The notes under the pieces were generated by a model. That model worked only from the letters and a program-made list of their open reading frames with translations. It made no database searches and was not told where the DNA came from. A program made the translations under genes and the position numbers. From the NCBI GenBank assembly GCA_965223845.1, contig CBDCXR010000004.1, forward strand, positions 4,000,001 to 4,064,000: a stretch of 64,000 bases of DNA, written 5' to 3'. Shown here in pieces: positions 27,172-36,570 of the stretch. This DNA comes from Planctomycetota bacterium (GTDB lineage: Bacteria; Planctomycetota; UBA8108; SXIK01). How positions within the stretch are numbered: the first letter of the stretch is position 1; every line of letters begins with the position of its first letter.

Positions 27172-29088
27172 ATGAACGCGCCTTCGCATCGATTCGCCTT
27201 CGCACCCGCCGTACCCGCTCCAATCGTCGCCGGCGCCGTCCTCGCCGCGTGCGGGATCGCCGCGTACGCGAACAGTCTCTCGGCCCCGCTGATCTTCGAT
27301 GATCTCGACTGGGTCTTCAGCGAATCGAGCGCACGCATCTGGCCGCTCGCGACCAACCGCCCCATTCTAAATCTCACGTTCGCTCTTCAGCGTGCGTTCG
27401 GTGCCACCGAACCTGCCGCGTTCCGTGGGCTCAATGTCGCAATCCACATCGCAGTCGGTCTCATTCTCTTCGCTCTCGTGCGTCGCACTCTCCGTGCGAA
27501 AAGCAGCGATCGATCGCCGCGTCACGTCGATGGTCTCGCGCTAGTCGCGAGTGCGCTCTGGCTCACGCATCCGCTCCAGACCCAGAGCGTCACCTACGTC
27601 GTCCAGCGCTCCGAATCGCTCGCGGGTCTCTTCTACATCTCTGCGCTCTACGCCCTCTCGCGCAGCCGCGACTCTCGCCGCCCCGCCGTCTGGTACTCCG
27701 TCGCGATCGCAACTTGCTGGGTCGGGCTGGGAGTCAAAGAAACGCTCGTCACCGCCCCGATTGCGCTTCTCCTCTACGATCGCGCCGTGCTCGCGGAGAG
27801 TTGGCGCGAGATCATCCGGAAGCGCTGGGCGCTCTACGTGGGTCTCTTCTCGTCGTGGGCATGGCTCGCGGCGAACGTCGCCCCCGCGCTCCACTCGAGC
27901 CGCGCGTCGGTCGGGTTCGCGCGCGCCAGCGTGACTCCCATCGAATATCTCCTCTCCCAGCCGGGGGTTCTCCTTCACTACCTTCGACTCGTCGTCTGGC
28001 CCGAGGCCCTCTCCCTCGATCACTACTGGACGATCGCGCGGGACGCGGGAACGATCGCGTGGCAAGGCGGAATCATTCTCGCGCTCGTCGCGTGGAGCTT
28101 CACTTCGCTCTGGTTCCGCCCCGCGGTGGGCTGGACCGCGTTCACGGCGTTTCTCATCCTCGCGCCGACGTCGAGCATCGTCCCGATCGCCGATCTCGCT
28201 GTCGAGCACCGCATGTATCTGCCATCCGCGTGCGTCATCGTGCTCGCCGTCGTCGGCCTCGATCGCGCAGTCGGTAGATGGAACGCGAGCCGGAGTGGAG
28301 AGCCCGGAAGGCTTGGGATTCACACGCGTCGCATCGCCTTCGCGATCTGCGGCGTCGCGATCGCGGTCTCGATCGGCCTCACGCTCCGGCGAAACGAGGA
28401 CTACAGCGACCCGGAACGGATGTGGCGATCCGTTCTCCAAATGAATCCCGAGAACCCGCGAGCGCACAACGAGCTCGGCAATCGCATGCGCGAGCTCGGA
28501 CGCGACGACGAGGCGCTGCTTCACTACCGCGAAGCGGTCGCGATCAGTGATCGGCTCCCCCACCGACCCCTCGCACCCTTTCACTACAACCTCGGCTCGG
28601 CTCTCCACGATCTCGATCAGCTCCGCGAAGCGATCCACCACTACCGCCGTGCGCTTCGGCTTCAGCCGCGGTCGACTCGCGTTCTTCTCAACCTCGGTGC
28701 GGCCCTCAGCGCGACCGGCGATCTCGCGGGAGCAATCGACGCGTACACCAAGCTTCTCAAGCTCCGTCCGCGCCACGGCCCCGCACTCAACAACATGGCT
28801 ATCGCCTACGCCGCCCAGGGTGAGCACGAGCTCGCCGTCGCGAGATTCCGCGATGCCGTGAGCGGCACGCCCCGCGTGCCGGGCGTTCGTCGCCGGCTCG
28901 CTCTCGCACTCCTCGCACAAGGGCAAACGGCGGAAGCCGTCGAGGAGTGGAACGCGATTCTTCGCGACGTTCGCCGCGCCGGAAGCGACGCGATCGCACG
29001 ATCAATTCGTGACGAAGCCCGCGCCGCGCTGGAATCGATCGGCGAATCGGAGTGGATCGGAAAGCTCAGCGCGACGGAGCCTCGTTGA
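27172..29088 (+). CDS. TMTC-like multi-TM GT-C glycosyltransferase with C-terminal TPR repeats
   Basis: YANSL…FDD, RP, HPLQTQSVTYVVQRSE, KE, WPEALSLDH and EHRMYLP motifs; about 10 TMs; TPRs (AHNELG, HYNLG, LLNLG, LNNMA). Confidence 0.85.
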   Translation: MNAPSHRFAFAPAVPAPIVAGAVLAACGIAAYANSLSAPLIFDDLDWVFSESSARIWPLATNRPILNLTFALQRAFGATEPAAFRGLNVAIHIAVGLILFALVRRTLRAKSSDRSPRHVDGLALVASALWLTHPLQTQSVTYVVQRSESLAGLFYISALYALSRSRDSRRPAVWYSVAIATCWVGLGVKETLVTAPIALLLYDRAVLAESWREIIRKRWALYVGLFSSWAWLAANVAPALHSSRASVGFARASVTPIEYLLSQPGVLLHYLRLVVWPEALSLDHYWTIARDAGTIAWQGGIILALVAWSFTSLWFRPAVGWTAFTAFLILAPTSSIVPIADLAVEHRMYLPSACVIVLAVVGLDRAVGRWNASRSGEPGRLGIHTRRIAFAICGVAIAVSIGLTLRRNEDYSDPERMWRSVLQMNPENPRAHNELGNRMRELGRDDEALLHYREAVAISDRLPHRPLAPFHYNLGSALHDLDQLREAIHHYRRALRLQPRSTRVLLNLGAALSATGDLAGAIDAYTKLLKLRPRHGPALNNMAIAYAAQGEHELAVARFRDAVSGTPRVPGVRRRLALALLAQGQTAEAVEEWNAILRDVRRAGSDAIARSIRDEARAALESIGESEWIGKLSATEPR

Positions 29089-29506
29089 CGATTCGGTGTG
29101 CAGGCGAGTCCGAGTGTTCGTACTCGACGGAGATCGGATCCTCCTCTCGGGCACGCGAGCCATCTCGTTCGCGTTCGAGTCGACGCACGCGCTCCTCGAG
29201 AAGAGCTATGTTCTGAAGAGCGCGCGCACGAGCGCGTGCGTGGCGTGTGAGCGTCACCGAAACCGAAAGTGCGAACACGTAAATGAGGGAAAGCGCGAAG
29301 AAGAGCACCGCCGCTGGGTAGCTGAGACGCGACGCGTCCGCGATCGCCATGATCGCCTTGGGGAAGAGCCCGCAGAGAAGGAGGAGCACCGCGACGCCAA
29401 GCCACGCGACGGCGTATTTCTCGCGGAGATCGCGACTCCGGACCCAGTGGAGCGTCACGAGGAAGCTGACGATTCCCCCGGCGAGCATGCACGTCTCGGC
29501 GTTCAT
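29066..29506 (-). CDS. DUF2304-family small membrane protein
   Basis: ATG 29506 overlaps the GT2 stop (ATGA). LREKYAVAWL…LFP…YP…LQNIALLE pattern; three TMs plus a coiled tail. Confidence 0.8.
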   Translation of the reverse strand: MNAETCMLAGGIVSFLVTLHWVRSRDLREKYAVAWLGVAVLLLLCGLFPKAIMAIADASRLSYPAAVLFFALSLIYVFALSVSVTLTRHARARARALQNIALLEERVRRLERERDGSRAREEDPISVEYEHSDSPAHRIVNEAPSR

Positions 29507-30255
29507 CCCGCGAAGCCCTCCCGGCGGCGGAGTCGATCGACGAGGATCGCGGTCGTGACCTTCACCATGTAATACGCTGCGCGGAGCGAGCCGATCGACG
29601 ATTCGCCGGCGCGGCGACGTTCCATGCTCACCGGCACCTCGCCGGTGCGGAGGCCGTTTCGCAGGCACCAAAAGAGCGACTCGGGCTCGGGGTAGTCGTC
29701 CGGGTAGCGGCGCGCGAACGCAGACCACGCGCGCGGTCCCGCGCAGCGGAGTCCGCTCGTCGGATCGGTGACGCGGCGTCCGGAGAGCGCCCGAACGAGC
29801 GTCGAGAGGAAACGGATGCCGACTCGCCGCGCCGCCGTCGATCGGAATCCATCCGTGCCGAGAAAGCGCGAGCCGACGCAGAGGTCGAGCTGCTCCCGCT
29901 CGCAACACGCGACGAGCTCGGGGATGCTCGTCGCATCGTGCTGCCCATCGGCGTCGAACTGGACGACGTAGCGATAATCTCGCTCCTCGCGCGCGAAGAG
30001 GTAGCCCGTCTGTACCGCGACGCCGATGCCGCAGTTCTCGGCGAGATGAACGACGCGGATCGATCTTCGACCGGGCGTGGCGGCGATCTTCTCGGCGACG
30101 ACTCCCGTTGCGTCGGTGGAGCCGTCGTCGACGATGAGAACGTCGTAGCCGGGCGGGAGCTGATCGAGCGCTTCGACCGACCCAGGGAGCGTCTCTTCCT
30201 CGTTGTAGGCCGGGACGACGACCAGATTCTTCACGGTGCCGGGTTCCGAAATCAT
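29503..30255 (-). CDS. Glycosyltransferase family 2, polyprenol-phosphate sugar synthase (DPM1-like)
   Basis: VPAYNEEE, VDDGSTD, QFDADGQH, GSRF, DPTSGLR. Confidence 0.9.
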   Translation of the reverse strand: MISEPGTVKNLVVVPAYNEEETLPGSVEALDQLPPGYDVLIVDDGSTDATGVVAEKIAATPGRRSIRVVHLAENCGIGVAVQTGYLFAREERDYRYVVQFDADGQHDATSIPELVACCEREQLDLCVGSRFLGTDGFRSTAARRVGIRFLSTLVRALSGRRVTDPTSGLRCAGPRAWSAFARRYPDDYPEPESLFWCLRNGLRTGEVPVSMERRRAGESSIGSLRAAYYMVKVTTAILVDRLRRREGFAG

Positions 30256-30519
30256 CTCAGACTGAGTTGCGAAAGACGTTCCTCGATGTTTCGGCTGTTC
30301 GCGCGGAAAACAGCCGATCTCATCCGTAGGCGGCCGAGTGCGTCGCTCGGAGTTGCGGCGAGCTGCATTCGAGTGATCGGCTCGGGCGCTCGGAGACGGC
30401 GCACCCGCGCTCCGTTATCGGCCGGAGTTTGAATGGGTGTCGGATCCGCGTTTGGGAGGTCCGATCGATCGAAGAAGCGGGAACGGGTACGGAAAGAGGG
30501 GCGAGTCAGGAAGCGCAAG

Positions 30520-31647
30520 GTGAAGATCTCGGTCGCTCTGTGCACTTACAACGGCGAGCGCTTTCTCGCCGAGCAGCTCGCGAGCATCGCGCGCCAGGAT
30601 CGCGCTCCCGACGAGATCGTGATCTCGGACGACGGCTCGACCGACGAGACGCTTCGAATCGCGCGAGAATTCGCTCAGTCCGCGGAGATTCCGGTTCAGA
30701 TCCATCGGCAATCCGAAAACGTAGGCTCCACGAAGAACTTCGAAGCTGCGGTCCGCCGCGCGAAGGGCGACGTCATCGTGCTCGCCGACCAAGACGACGT
30801 GTGGCGTGAGGACAAAGTCGCGCGACTCGAAGACGCCCTGCGCTCCCGTCCCGACGCGGCGTTCGCGTTCTCGAACGCCGAAGTCGTCGGTGACGATCTC
30901 TCGCCGCTCGGCCACGATCTCTGGGAAGCCGTTCACTTCGGCGGGGCGGAGCAGCGGCAGTTCGAGAACGGTCGCGCGCCGGACGTGCTTCTCCGCTACA
31001 ACGTGGTGACCGGCGCGACGCTCGCGTTTCGCTCCGAGTATCGCAATGCGTTGCTGCCGATTCCGCGCGGTTGGGTCCACGACGGCTGGATCGCGCTCGT
31101 TCTTTCGCTCCTCGCGCCGTGCGTCCCAATCTCGGCTCCTCTCATTCGATACCGTCAGCACGCCGCGCAGCAGCTCGGCGGGCGGCGGTCCACGCTCTGC
31201 GAGAAGATCGAGATTGCGCGATCCCAGGGAAGCGAGCATTTCCGTCGCCTGGCGCGCGACTACGCGGCCGCTCTCCGGCGCGCGCGCAAGCTGTCCGGTC
31301 GGCTACGGGATCCGGGCTGGATCGGCGCGCTCGAAGCGAAGGTGCGGCACCTGATCGCGCGCGCGGAGATTCGCAGAGAGTGGCGCCTGCCGCTGATCCT
31401 CAGTGAGGCTATGCGCCTCCGTTACGGGCGTTACTCGCTCGGATGGAAGTCGGTCGCGCAAGACCTCGTCCTCCGCCCGCGCGCGCGGGATCGATCGAGA
31501 GGGAAGGAATCGCCACCCTCACCACCGGACGAGCGGACGGACGACCGCGCGGTAGTAGAGCGAGAGGATCGGATTCCCGATCCAGCGAAGAAGCGGGTGG
31601 GCGATCCCCGCGTCTGCGAGCTCGAGTCGACCGGAAGTCACCGCTAG
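30520..31647 (+). CDS. Glycosyltransferase family 2 (rhamnosyltransferase-like)
   Basis: SVALCTYNGERFL, DDGSTD, LADQDDVW, HDGW, YRQH. Probable start is the GTG at 30520. Confidence 0.9.
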   Translation: MKISVALCTYNGERFLAEQLASIARQDRAPDEIVISDDGSTDETLRIAREFAQSAEIPVQIHRQSENVGSTKNFEAAVRRAKGDVIVLADQDDVWREDKVARLEDALRSRPDAAFAFSNAEVVGDDLSPLGHDLWEAVHFGGAEQRQFENGRAPDVLLRYNVVTGATLAFRSEYRNALLPIPRGWVHDGWIALVLSLLAPCVPISAPLIRYRQHAAQQLGGRRSTLCEKIEIARSQGSEHFRRLARDYAAALRRARKLSGRLRDPGWIGALEAKVRHLIARAEIRREWRLPLILSEAMRLRYGRYSLGWKSVAQDLVLRPRARDRSRGKESPPSPPDERTDDRAVVEREDRIPDPAKKRVGDPRVCELESTGSHR

Positions 31648-32619
31648 AAGCTCACGATCGGGGCGCCGACGCAGCGATCGCACGGATCGTCGTTTTCCCC
31701 ACCATGTGCGCCAGCTCTCCGCTCGCGTCCAGTAGCGATAGACGCGGAGCCGCTCGCGGAGCCATCCGGACCGCCACGCGAAGAAGAAGAGTCCGATCTC
31801 GAGGAAGAGAGCCGCCGGGAAGAGAAGAGCGAGCGTCGGGAGGCGGAGAAGCTTGAGCATGACGGCGTAGCGATTGCGCTCGAGCCAGTAGAACTTCTCG
31901 AAGGCGCGCGCGAATTCGTAGCGGTGATAGAACTTCGAGGCTGCGACGGTCACGACTCGCTGTCCGGCGAGTCGTACTCGGCAACAGAACTCGAGGTCTT
32001 CGCAGTAGAGAAACAAATCCTCGTCGAAGGCGCCGCACTCACGCAGAGTGTCAGAGCGGATGAGGCACCCCGCTCCGCTCGCGAACGGGACGTCGCGCAC
32101 GCTGCCGCTGGAGACCTCACTCGAAGGACGACGGTAGTCGCCGCAGTATCCGACGAAGCAGTAGTGGAGCTCGTTACCCGCAGTGTTGATGAGGTGGGTT
32201 TCCGGATGGAGGAGAATGAGCGACTGCGCGATTCCGACCTCGGGATTTCGCTCGAGCTCCTCGACGAGAGGCTCGAGCGCGTCGGGAGCGAGCACTCCGT
32301 CGTCGTTGTGAAGGTAGACGTAGTCGAACCCCTCGCGAAGCGCCCACTCGACCCCGGCGTTCACGCCGCGCGAGAACCCGCCGTTCGCCCCTTGCGGGAG
32401 CACCGTCACGTGCGGGAGCGACGTGGCCGAACGCGAACGCAGAACGCGCTCGATCGCGGCGAGGGAGTCGCCGTGCTCGGGATGCGGGTTGTCGACGACG
32501 ACGAGCTCGAGTCGCCGCCGGTCGTAGGTCAGGCTCTCGAGCGCCGTCGCGACGTCCTCGAGGTACGGCTCGGCGTGGTAGGAGACGTAGATGATCGCGA
32601 TCTTCGGCGGGGCGCTCAT
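31519..32619 (-). CDS. Glycosyltransferase family 2
   Basis: VVDN, NGGFSRGVN, HNDD, FDEDLFLYCEDLE, ERNR. Start ATG 32619. Confidence 0.9.
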   Translation of the reverse strand: MSAPPKIAIIYVSYHAEPYLEDVATALESLTYDRRRLELVVVDNPHPEHGDSLAAIERVLRSRSATSLPHVTVLPQGANGGFSRGVNAGVEWALREGFDYVYLHNDDGVLAPDALEPLVEELERNPEVGIAQSLILLHPETHLINTAGNELHYCFVGYCGDYRRPSSEVSSGSVRDVPFASGAGCLIRSDTLRECGAFDEDLFLYCEDLEFCCRVRLAGQRVVTVAASKFYHRYEFARAFEKFYWLERNRYAVMLKLLRLPTLALLFPAALFLEIGLFFFAWRSGWLRERLRVYRYWTRAESWRTWWGKRRSVRSLRRRPDRELLAVTSGRLELADAGIAHPLLRWIGNPILSLYYRAVVRPLVRW

Positions 32620-32680
32620 GGGCGGCTGGAACCAAGCCACGGGTGCGGGTCTAACTCTCTCCGTATATCGGCCGCCGGGA

Positions 32681-32745
32681 GGTACCCCCAAACCCTGTTG
32701 GATTTCACGAGGCGGATTTTGGTACCCCCAAACCCTGTTGGATTT
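32681..32745. repeat. Two exact 25-bp direct repeats GGTACCCCCAAACCCTGTTGGATTT (32681-32705, 32721-32745)
   Basis: Read directly; period 40 bp. A second word, TTTTGACTAT, recurs at 32743 and 32781. Confidence 0.9.
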
Positions 32746-32970
32746 TGACTATCGACGTTAATCTCCAGGAGGATAGACAGTTTTGACTATTGGATTGCGG
32801 TCAACACACAGCCGGAGCGACCGAAGAGTTCGTTCACCGCCCCTCGATCAATCAAAAAGTCAGCTTTGAGCCTGTTTCCAAGCAGAAGCGAGAGAGCGTG
32901 AGCATACTCCCTCCGCGGACCCGAACGTCGTTTGGCGCGCGAAGCGCCCGCGGCCGTTCGCCGCGCGGTT

Positions 32971-33912
32971 CTACGGAGCGGCCGGCACAGCAGCCCCCGA
33001 AAAGAGCGGCTCGCACCGCTGCAGGTGAAACACTCGCATAAGATAAGTCCCGGCCGGGAAGATCACTGCCTCGGCGGCGTTTCGATATTCGACGAGCGCC
33101 TCGCGGTATCGCTTGCGAAACCTGACCAGCGCTCGGAGCTCCTCGATCCGCACGCCCGGTCTCTTCGCCCCAATCGACGGCGAGAGCTTCCATCGTCTCT
33201 CGTAGCTCTGTGCCGAATCGGTCGGCTTCTGCGAGAGCGCTCGCGGCGCCCCGAGAAACCCGGTACCCGACTCTTCGACCTCCGCTCGGCATTCTTCTTC
33301 CCGCTCCCGGGTCGCTCGCTCGACCTCCTGCCGGAGCTCCTCGATGCTCCAATTCGGGAAGCACGCCGGCGCCACGATCCTGAGCGGCACCACGTCCGGC
33401 ATCTCGCCCGAGAAAAACCAATTTGGTTTCTCCGCCGAGACGGTCTCCCCGAGCTGACTCGGAGTACTCCGCGCCCCCGGCCACTCGCTCGCCCGCGGAA
33501 CGAGTCCCGACGACACCGGATTACAGTACGTGTAGACGAGCTGCCGGAGGACGTCCTCCGCCTCGACCGCCCGCACGCAGCTCGTCTGCGCGCAGTCGAA
33601 AACGCTCCCGAACCGCCCCCGAAGGGCGTTCGTCGAGCGCGCGAGAAGCAGGTGAAAGCACTGAAGGAATTCCGCGATCCTCCCGTGCGGATCCGTCGCC
33701 ACCAAGTGGTGGTGGTTCGAGAGCGCCACGTACGCGTGAACCTCGAGCCCGGTTTTTTCCGCCGCATAAGCCAGGCAATAGAGAAAAGCGCCGTTCACCT
33801 TCGGTTCAGGCCGGAGAAGAAACTGACGCTGCATGCAGCGGCGCGTGATGAGATACGTCGCGCCGGGAAGAATTCGCCGTGGATCCAAAACTGCCCCTCT
33901 GTCACTGTCCAT
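32971..33912 (-). mobile_element. Y1 HUH transposase (IS200/IS605 TnpA or RAYT-like), with no adjacent tnpB
   Basis: PGATYLITRRC, HAYVALSNHHHLV (HUH), YTYCNPV (catalytic Tyr) and WPG. Start is ATG 33912 or TTG 33888. Confidence 0.85.
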
Positions 33913-34106
33913 CACAATGGATCGCCGCCGGCAAGCCGCTGGTCTCTCGCGGACGAGCAGGCAGAGGTAGCATGAAGCGTCTTTCAGCTTTCGCAAGAAT
34001 GAGCTCGCGCGAGTCATAGTGAACGCGCAGCGTGAACCGTCCCGGTTCTGCCGACGGGACGATTGCGCCCATGCGCGCCCGCGATCGCTCGAGCTCTGCG
34101 GCGGAG

Positions 34107-34793
34107 CTACTTGAGGATTCCGAGGTCGGAGCTGCTCAGATCGACCTTCGATACGAACCCATTCCGGCCGCTCCACTCGAACCCTTCCTCTGGCGACTCA
34201 TGAACGAGTCTCTTCGAGACGAACTGCATGTGATCGCGAATCTGCGGAAAGGGAGTGCCCTTGGCCGGCACGTTGACCAGCCGAATCGGCTTTCCGTCCG
34301 CGTTTTCGACGAGCTCGATCTCGACTTCGATTTCCGGCGCCGAGTAGGCGACGAGCCTCTCGCTTCGGCGCACGCTCAACGGGACCGTCTCAATCTTGTC
34401 GATCGGCCCCTTGGCAAGGAAAGGCATCGCCTGAGGCAAGATCTCCGTGAGAGCGGCGACCTGATCCGGAGTGGCGTCGTCGCGGATGTAGATCTTCGCC
34501 CAGCTCTTGACGTGGTACGCGGCGATCACCGCCGTACCGTCGAGACGAACGTCGCCGAAATGGCCGCGGTCGATCTCGACGAGCGAAGAGCCCTCGCAGT
34601 AGCCCTCCGTCGGCTTGGATCCGAAGAGGCAAGGACAAGAGACGCGGCAGCAACAGGCGTCCGTCCAGGTCCCTTGGATCGCCCATGCTGCGCGGACCGT
34701 CGCGTCTCGCTCCGTCGAGCTCGAGCACGACAGAGTCCCAAACGACGAGGCGCCGAGAACACCGACCGCGATGAGTTGTAAACCGTTCTTCAC
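34107..34793 (-). CDS. DUF1326-family Cys-rich metal-binding protein, probable lipoprotein
   Basis: WAIQGTWTDACCCRVSCPC…PTEGYC…IDRGHFGDVRLDG. GTG 34793 follows GGAGG; the signal ends in LSC. Confidence 0.8.
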   Translation of the reverse strand: MKNGLQLIAVGVLGASSFGTLSCSSSTERDATVRAAWAIQGTWTDACCCRVSCPCLFGSKPTEGYCEGSSLVEIDRGHFGDVRLDGTAVIAAYHVKSWAKIYIRDDATPDQVAALTEILPQAMPFLAKGPIDKIETVPLSVRRSERLVAYSAPEIEVEIELVENADGKPIRLVNVPAKGTPFPQIRDHMQFVSKRLVHESPEEGFEWSGRNGFVSKVDLSSSDLGILK

Positions 34794-35108
34794 GAGTCGC
34801 CCTCCAGATTCGGTACTACGGGCACGTGTGCAGATCGAGGGCCACGCCGCCCTCGACTTAGTTCGCACCGGCCACACTTGTCTCCATCCTCTACTGCGAA
34901 CAGTCTCGGTTTGGAGACAGCCGAAATCGCTCGCGGCCGAAATCCGCGCCGCCGTCTCGACGCTGGGCTCGGGGCCGTCTCGGGCCCGGAGGATCCGCCT
35001 CTCGCCGTTCTCGGAAGAAGCGAGCCGTGGAGGTGGTTCGACGCCTCGAGTCACCGAGCTAGCCGAGACGGCGGCGCACGCCGACCACGACGCGCTGCGG
35101 CCGACCGA

Positions 35109-36311
35109 CTACGGTCGACGAGCCGGATGCTCGGCGATGAATCGGACGACGTCCTCCGGCTCGTCGACGAGCTCGATGAGATCGCCGTAGATCGTTTCCA
35201 TGCCGCGCTCGTGCACGAACTCGCGGATGAGCGAAGCGACGTTCCGATAGGATTCGCTCCCGAGAAACACCATCGGGCTCCTTAGGTGGAACGTCGCGTA
35301 GTGGTTTTGGGCGAGGTCCATGAAGACCTCCTGGAGTGTCCCGGCGCTCCCCGGCGCGTAGACGACGCCCGCCGTCGAGATCGCGAGGAGTCCGTCTTCC
35401 CGAATGCTGTTCGCGAAGTACTTCGCGATCCAGGGGCTGAAGAGATTGCTCGGCTCGTGTCCGTAGAACCACGTCGGGATCGCTAGACTTCCTCCGGGTT
35501 CCACGCGCTCTCTCCCGTACTCTCGCGCCGCGTCCTCGGCAGTCACTCCGGTTTGGAACCGTTCGATGACGCGCCGCGCCGCCGCCACGTACGCGCGAAC
35601 TGCGGTCTCGAACTCCGCGGTGCCGACCTCGTGCCCGCCGCCGTAGGAGTCCGCCTCGCTCAAGATCGCGATCGCAGCATCGAGGATCGAAGGATCGGAG
35701 AAGTTCGCGAAGTAGGCACCGAGATTCCCGGCCTCCATGATTCCGGGCCCCCCACCGGTCGCGACGAGGTAGCCCCGCCGCGTGAGCCCCCAAGCGACGC
35801 GAGCGACGCGCGCGAAATCGGGATCGGAGCGCGCCGTACCGTGGCCGCCCATGATCCCGACGACACCGCGACCGGCGGACTCGCGGACGACTTCCGCGAG
35901 GGCGTCGTCGATCCCGTGATCGTGAATCCGCTGGGCGAGTGCCTCGTCGATCGTCACGTCGAACCCGCGCTCGCGGGCGTGCGAGAAGTGCTCGTAGATG
36001 CGGTAGTCCACCGTCCCCGTGTACCCGGCGTCGTCGTACCCCGCCATCAACTCGTCGACCGAGTACAGTCGACTCCGGTAGGGCTCGTAGGGAAGACCCT
36101 CGAAGGTCGGAAAGACCACGGCCCCGCGGCGCCGAACGTCGTCCTCCTCCCCCGTGTCCGAGAACCGGCAGCCAAGGAACAAAGTCCCGGTTACGTTCGT
36201 CGACTCGAGCTCGATCCCTCCGAGGTCGACTCCCTGAATCGCGCACCCGACTAGCGACCCGTCGCGTGCGACGCGACGAGCGACCTCATCTCGCGTTTCG
36301 ATCTCGATCAC
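35109..36311 (-). CDS. LOG-family (lysine-decarboxylase-like Rossmann fold) nucleotide-binding protein
   Basis: GIMGGH, TGGGPGIMEAGN, PTWFYGHEP, REDGLL, APGSAGTLQE. Probable start is the GTG at 36311. Confidence 0.85.
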   Translation of the reverse strand: MIEIETRDEVARRVARDGSLVGCAIQGVDLGGIELESTNVTGTLFLGCRFSDTGEEDDVRRRGAVVFPTFEGLPYEPYRSRLYSVDELMAGYDDAGYTGTVDYRIYEHFSHARERGFDVTIDEALAQRIHDHGIDDALAEVVRESAGRGVVGIMGGHGTARSDPDFARVARVAWGLTRRGYLVATGGGPGIMEAGNLGAYFANFSDPSILDAAIAILSEADSYGGGHEVGTAEFETAVRAYVAAARRVIERFQTGVTAEDAAREYGRERVEPGGSLAIPTWFYGHEPSNLFSPWIAKYFANSIREDGLLAISTAGVVYAPGSAGTLQEVFMDLAQNHYATFHLRSPMVFLGSESYRNVASLIREFVHERGMETIYGDLIELVDEPEDVVRFIAEHPARRP

Positions 36312-36570
36312 CTTGCCTCTCTCCGGCTGTCGTCCCGCGATTTCGTCCCGGTCCGCAGGAGAGCGGGGCCGCACGCCCGCTCGGACGATCGCCAATCGTA
36401 TCGAGGATCGGCGCGGCGCCGTCCGCGATTCTGTGGGACGGGTCGTGTGAACGAGTCCGGTCCCCCTTCGGGGGGCGAGAATATCCTGAAATCCGCCGTT
36501 GCAGCCCACGACCTCCCCTTACATAAAGGAAGAGGTGGCCGGACAGCGAGCGGATCGAGAGGGAAGAGTC

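Noticed and set aside
32681-32790. 25-bp direct repeats as a mini CRISPR array
   Set aside because: Only two copies, a 15-bp spacer and no cas genes in the window.
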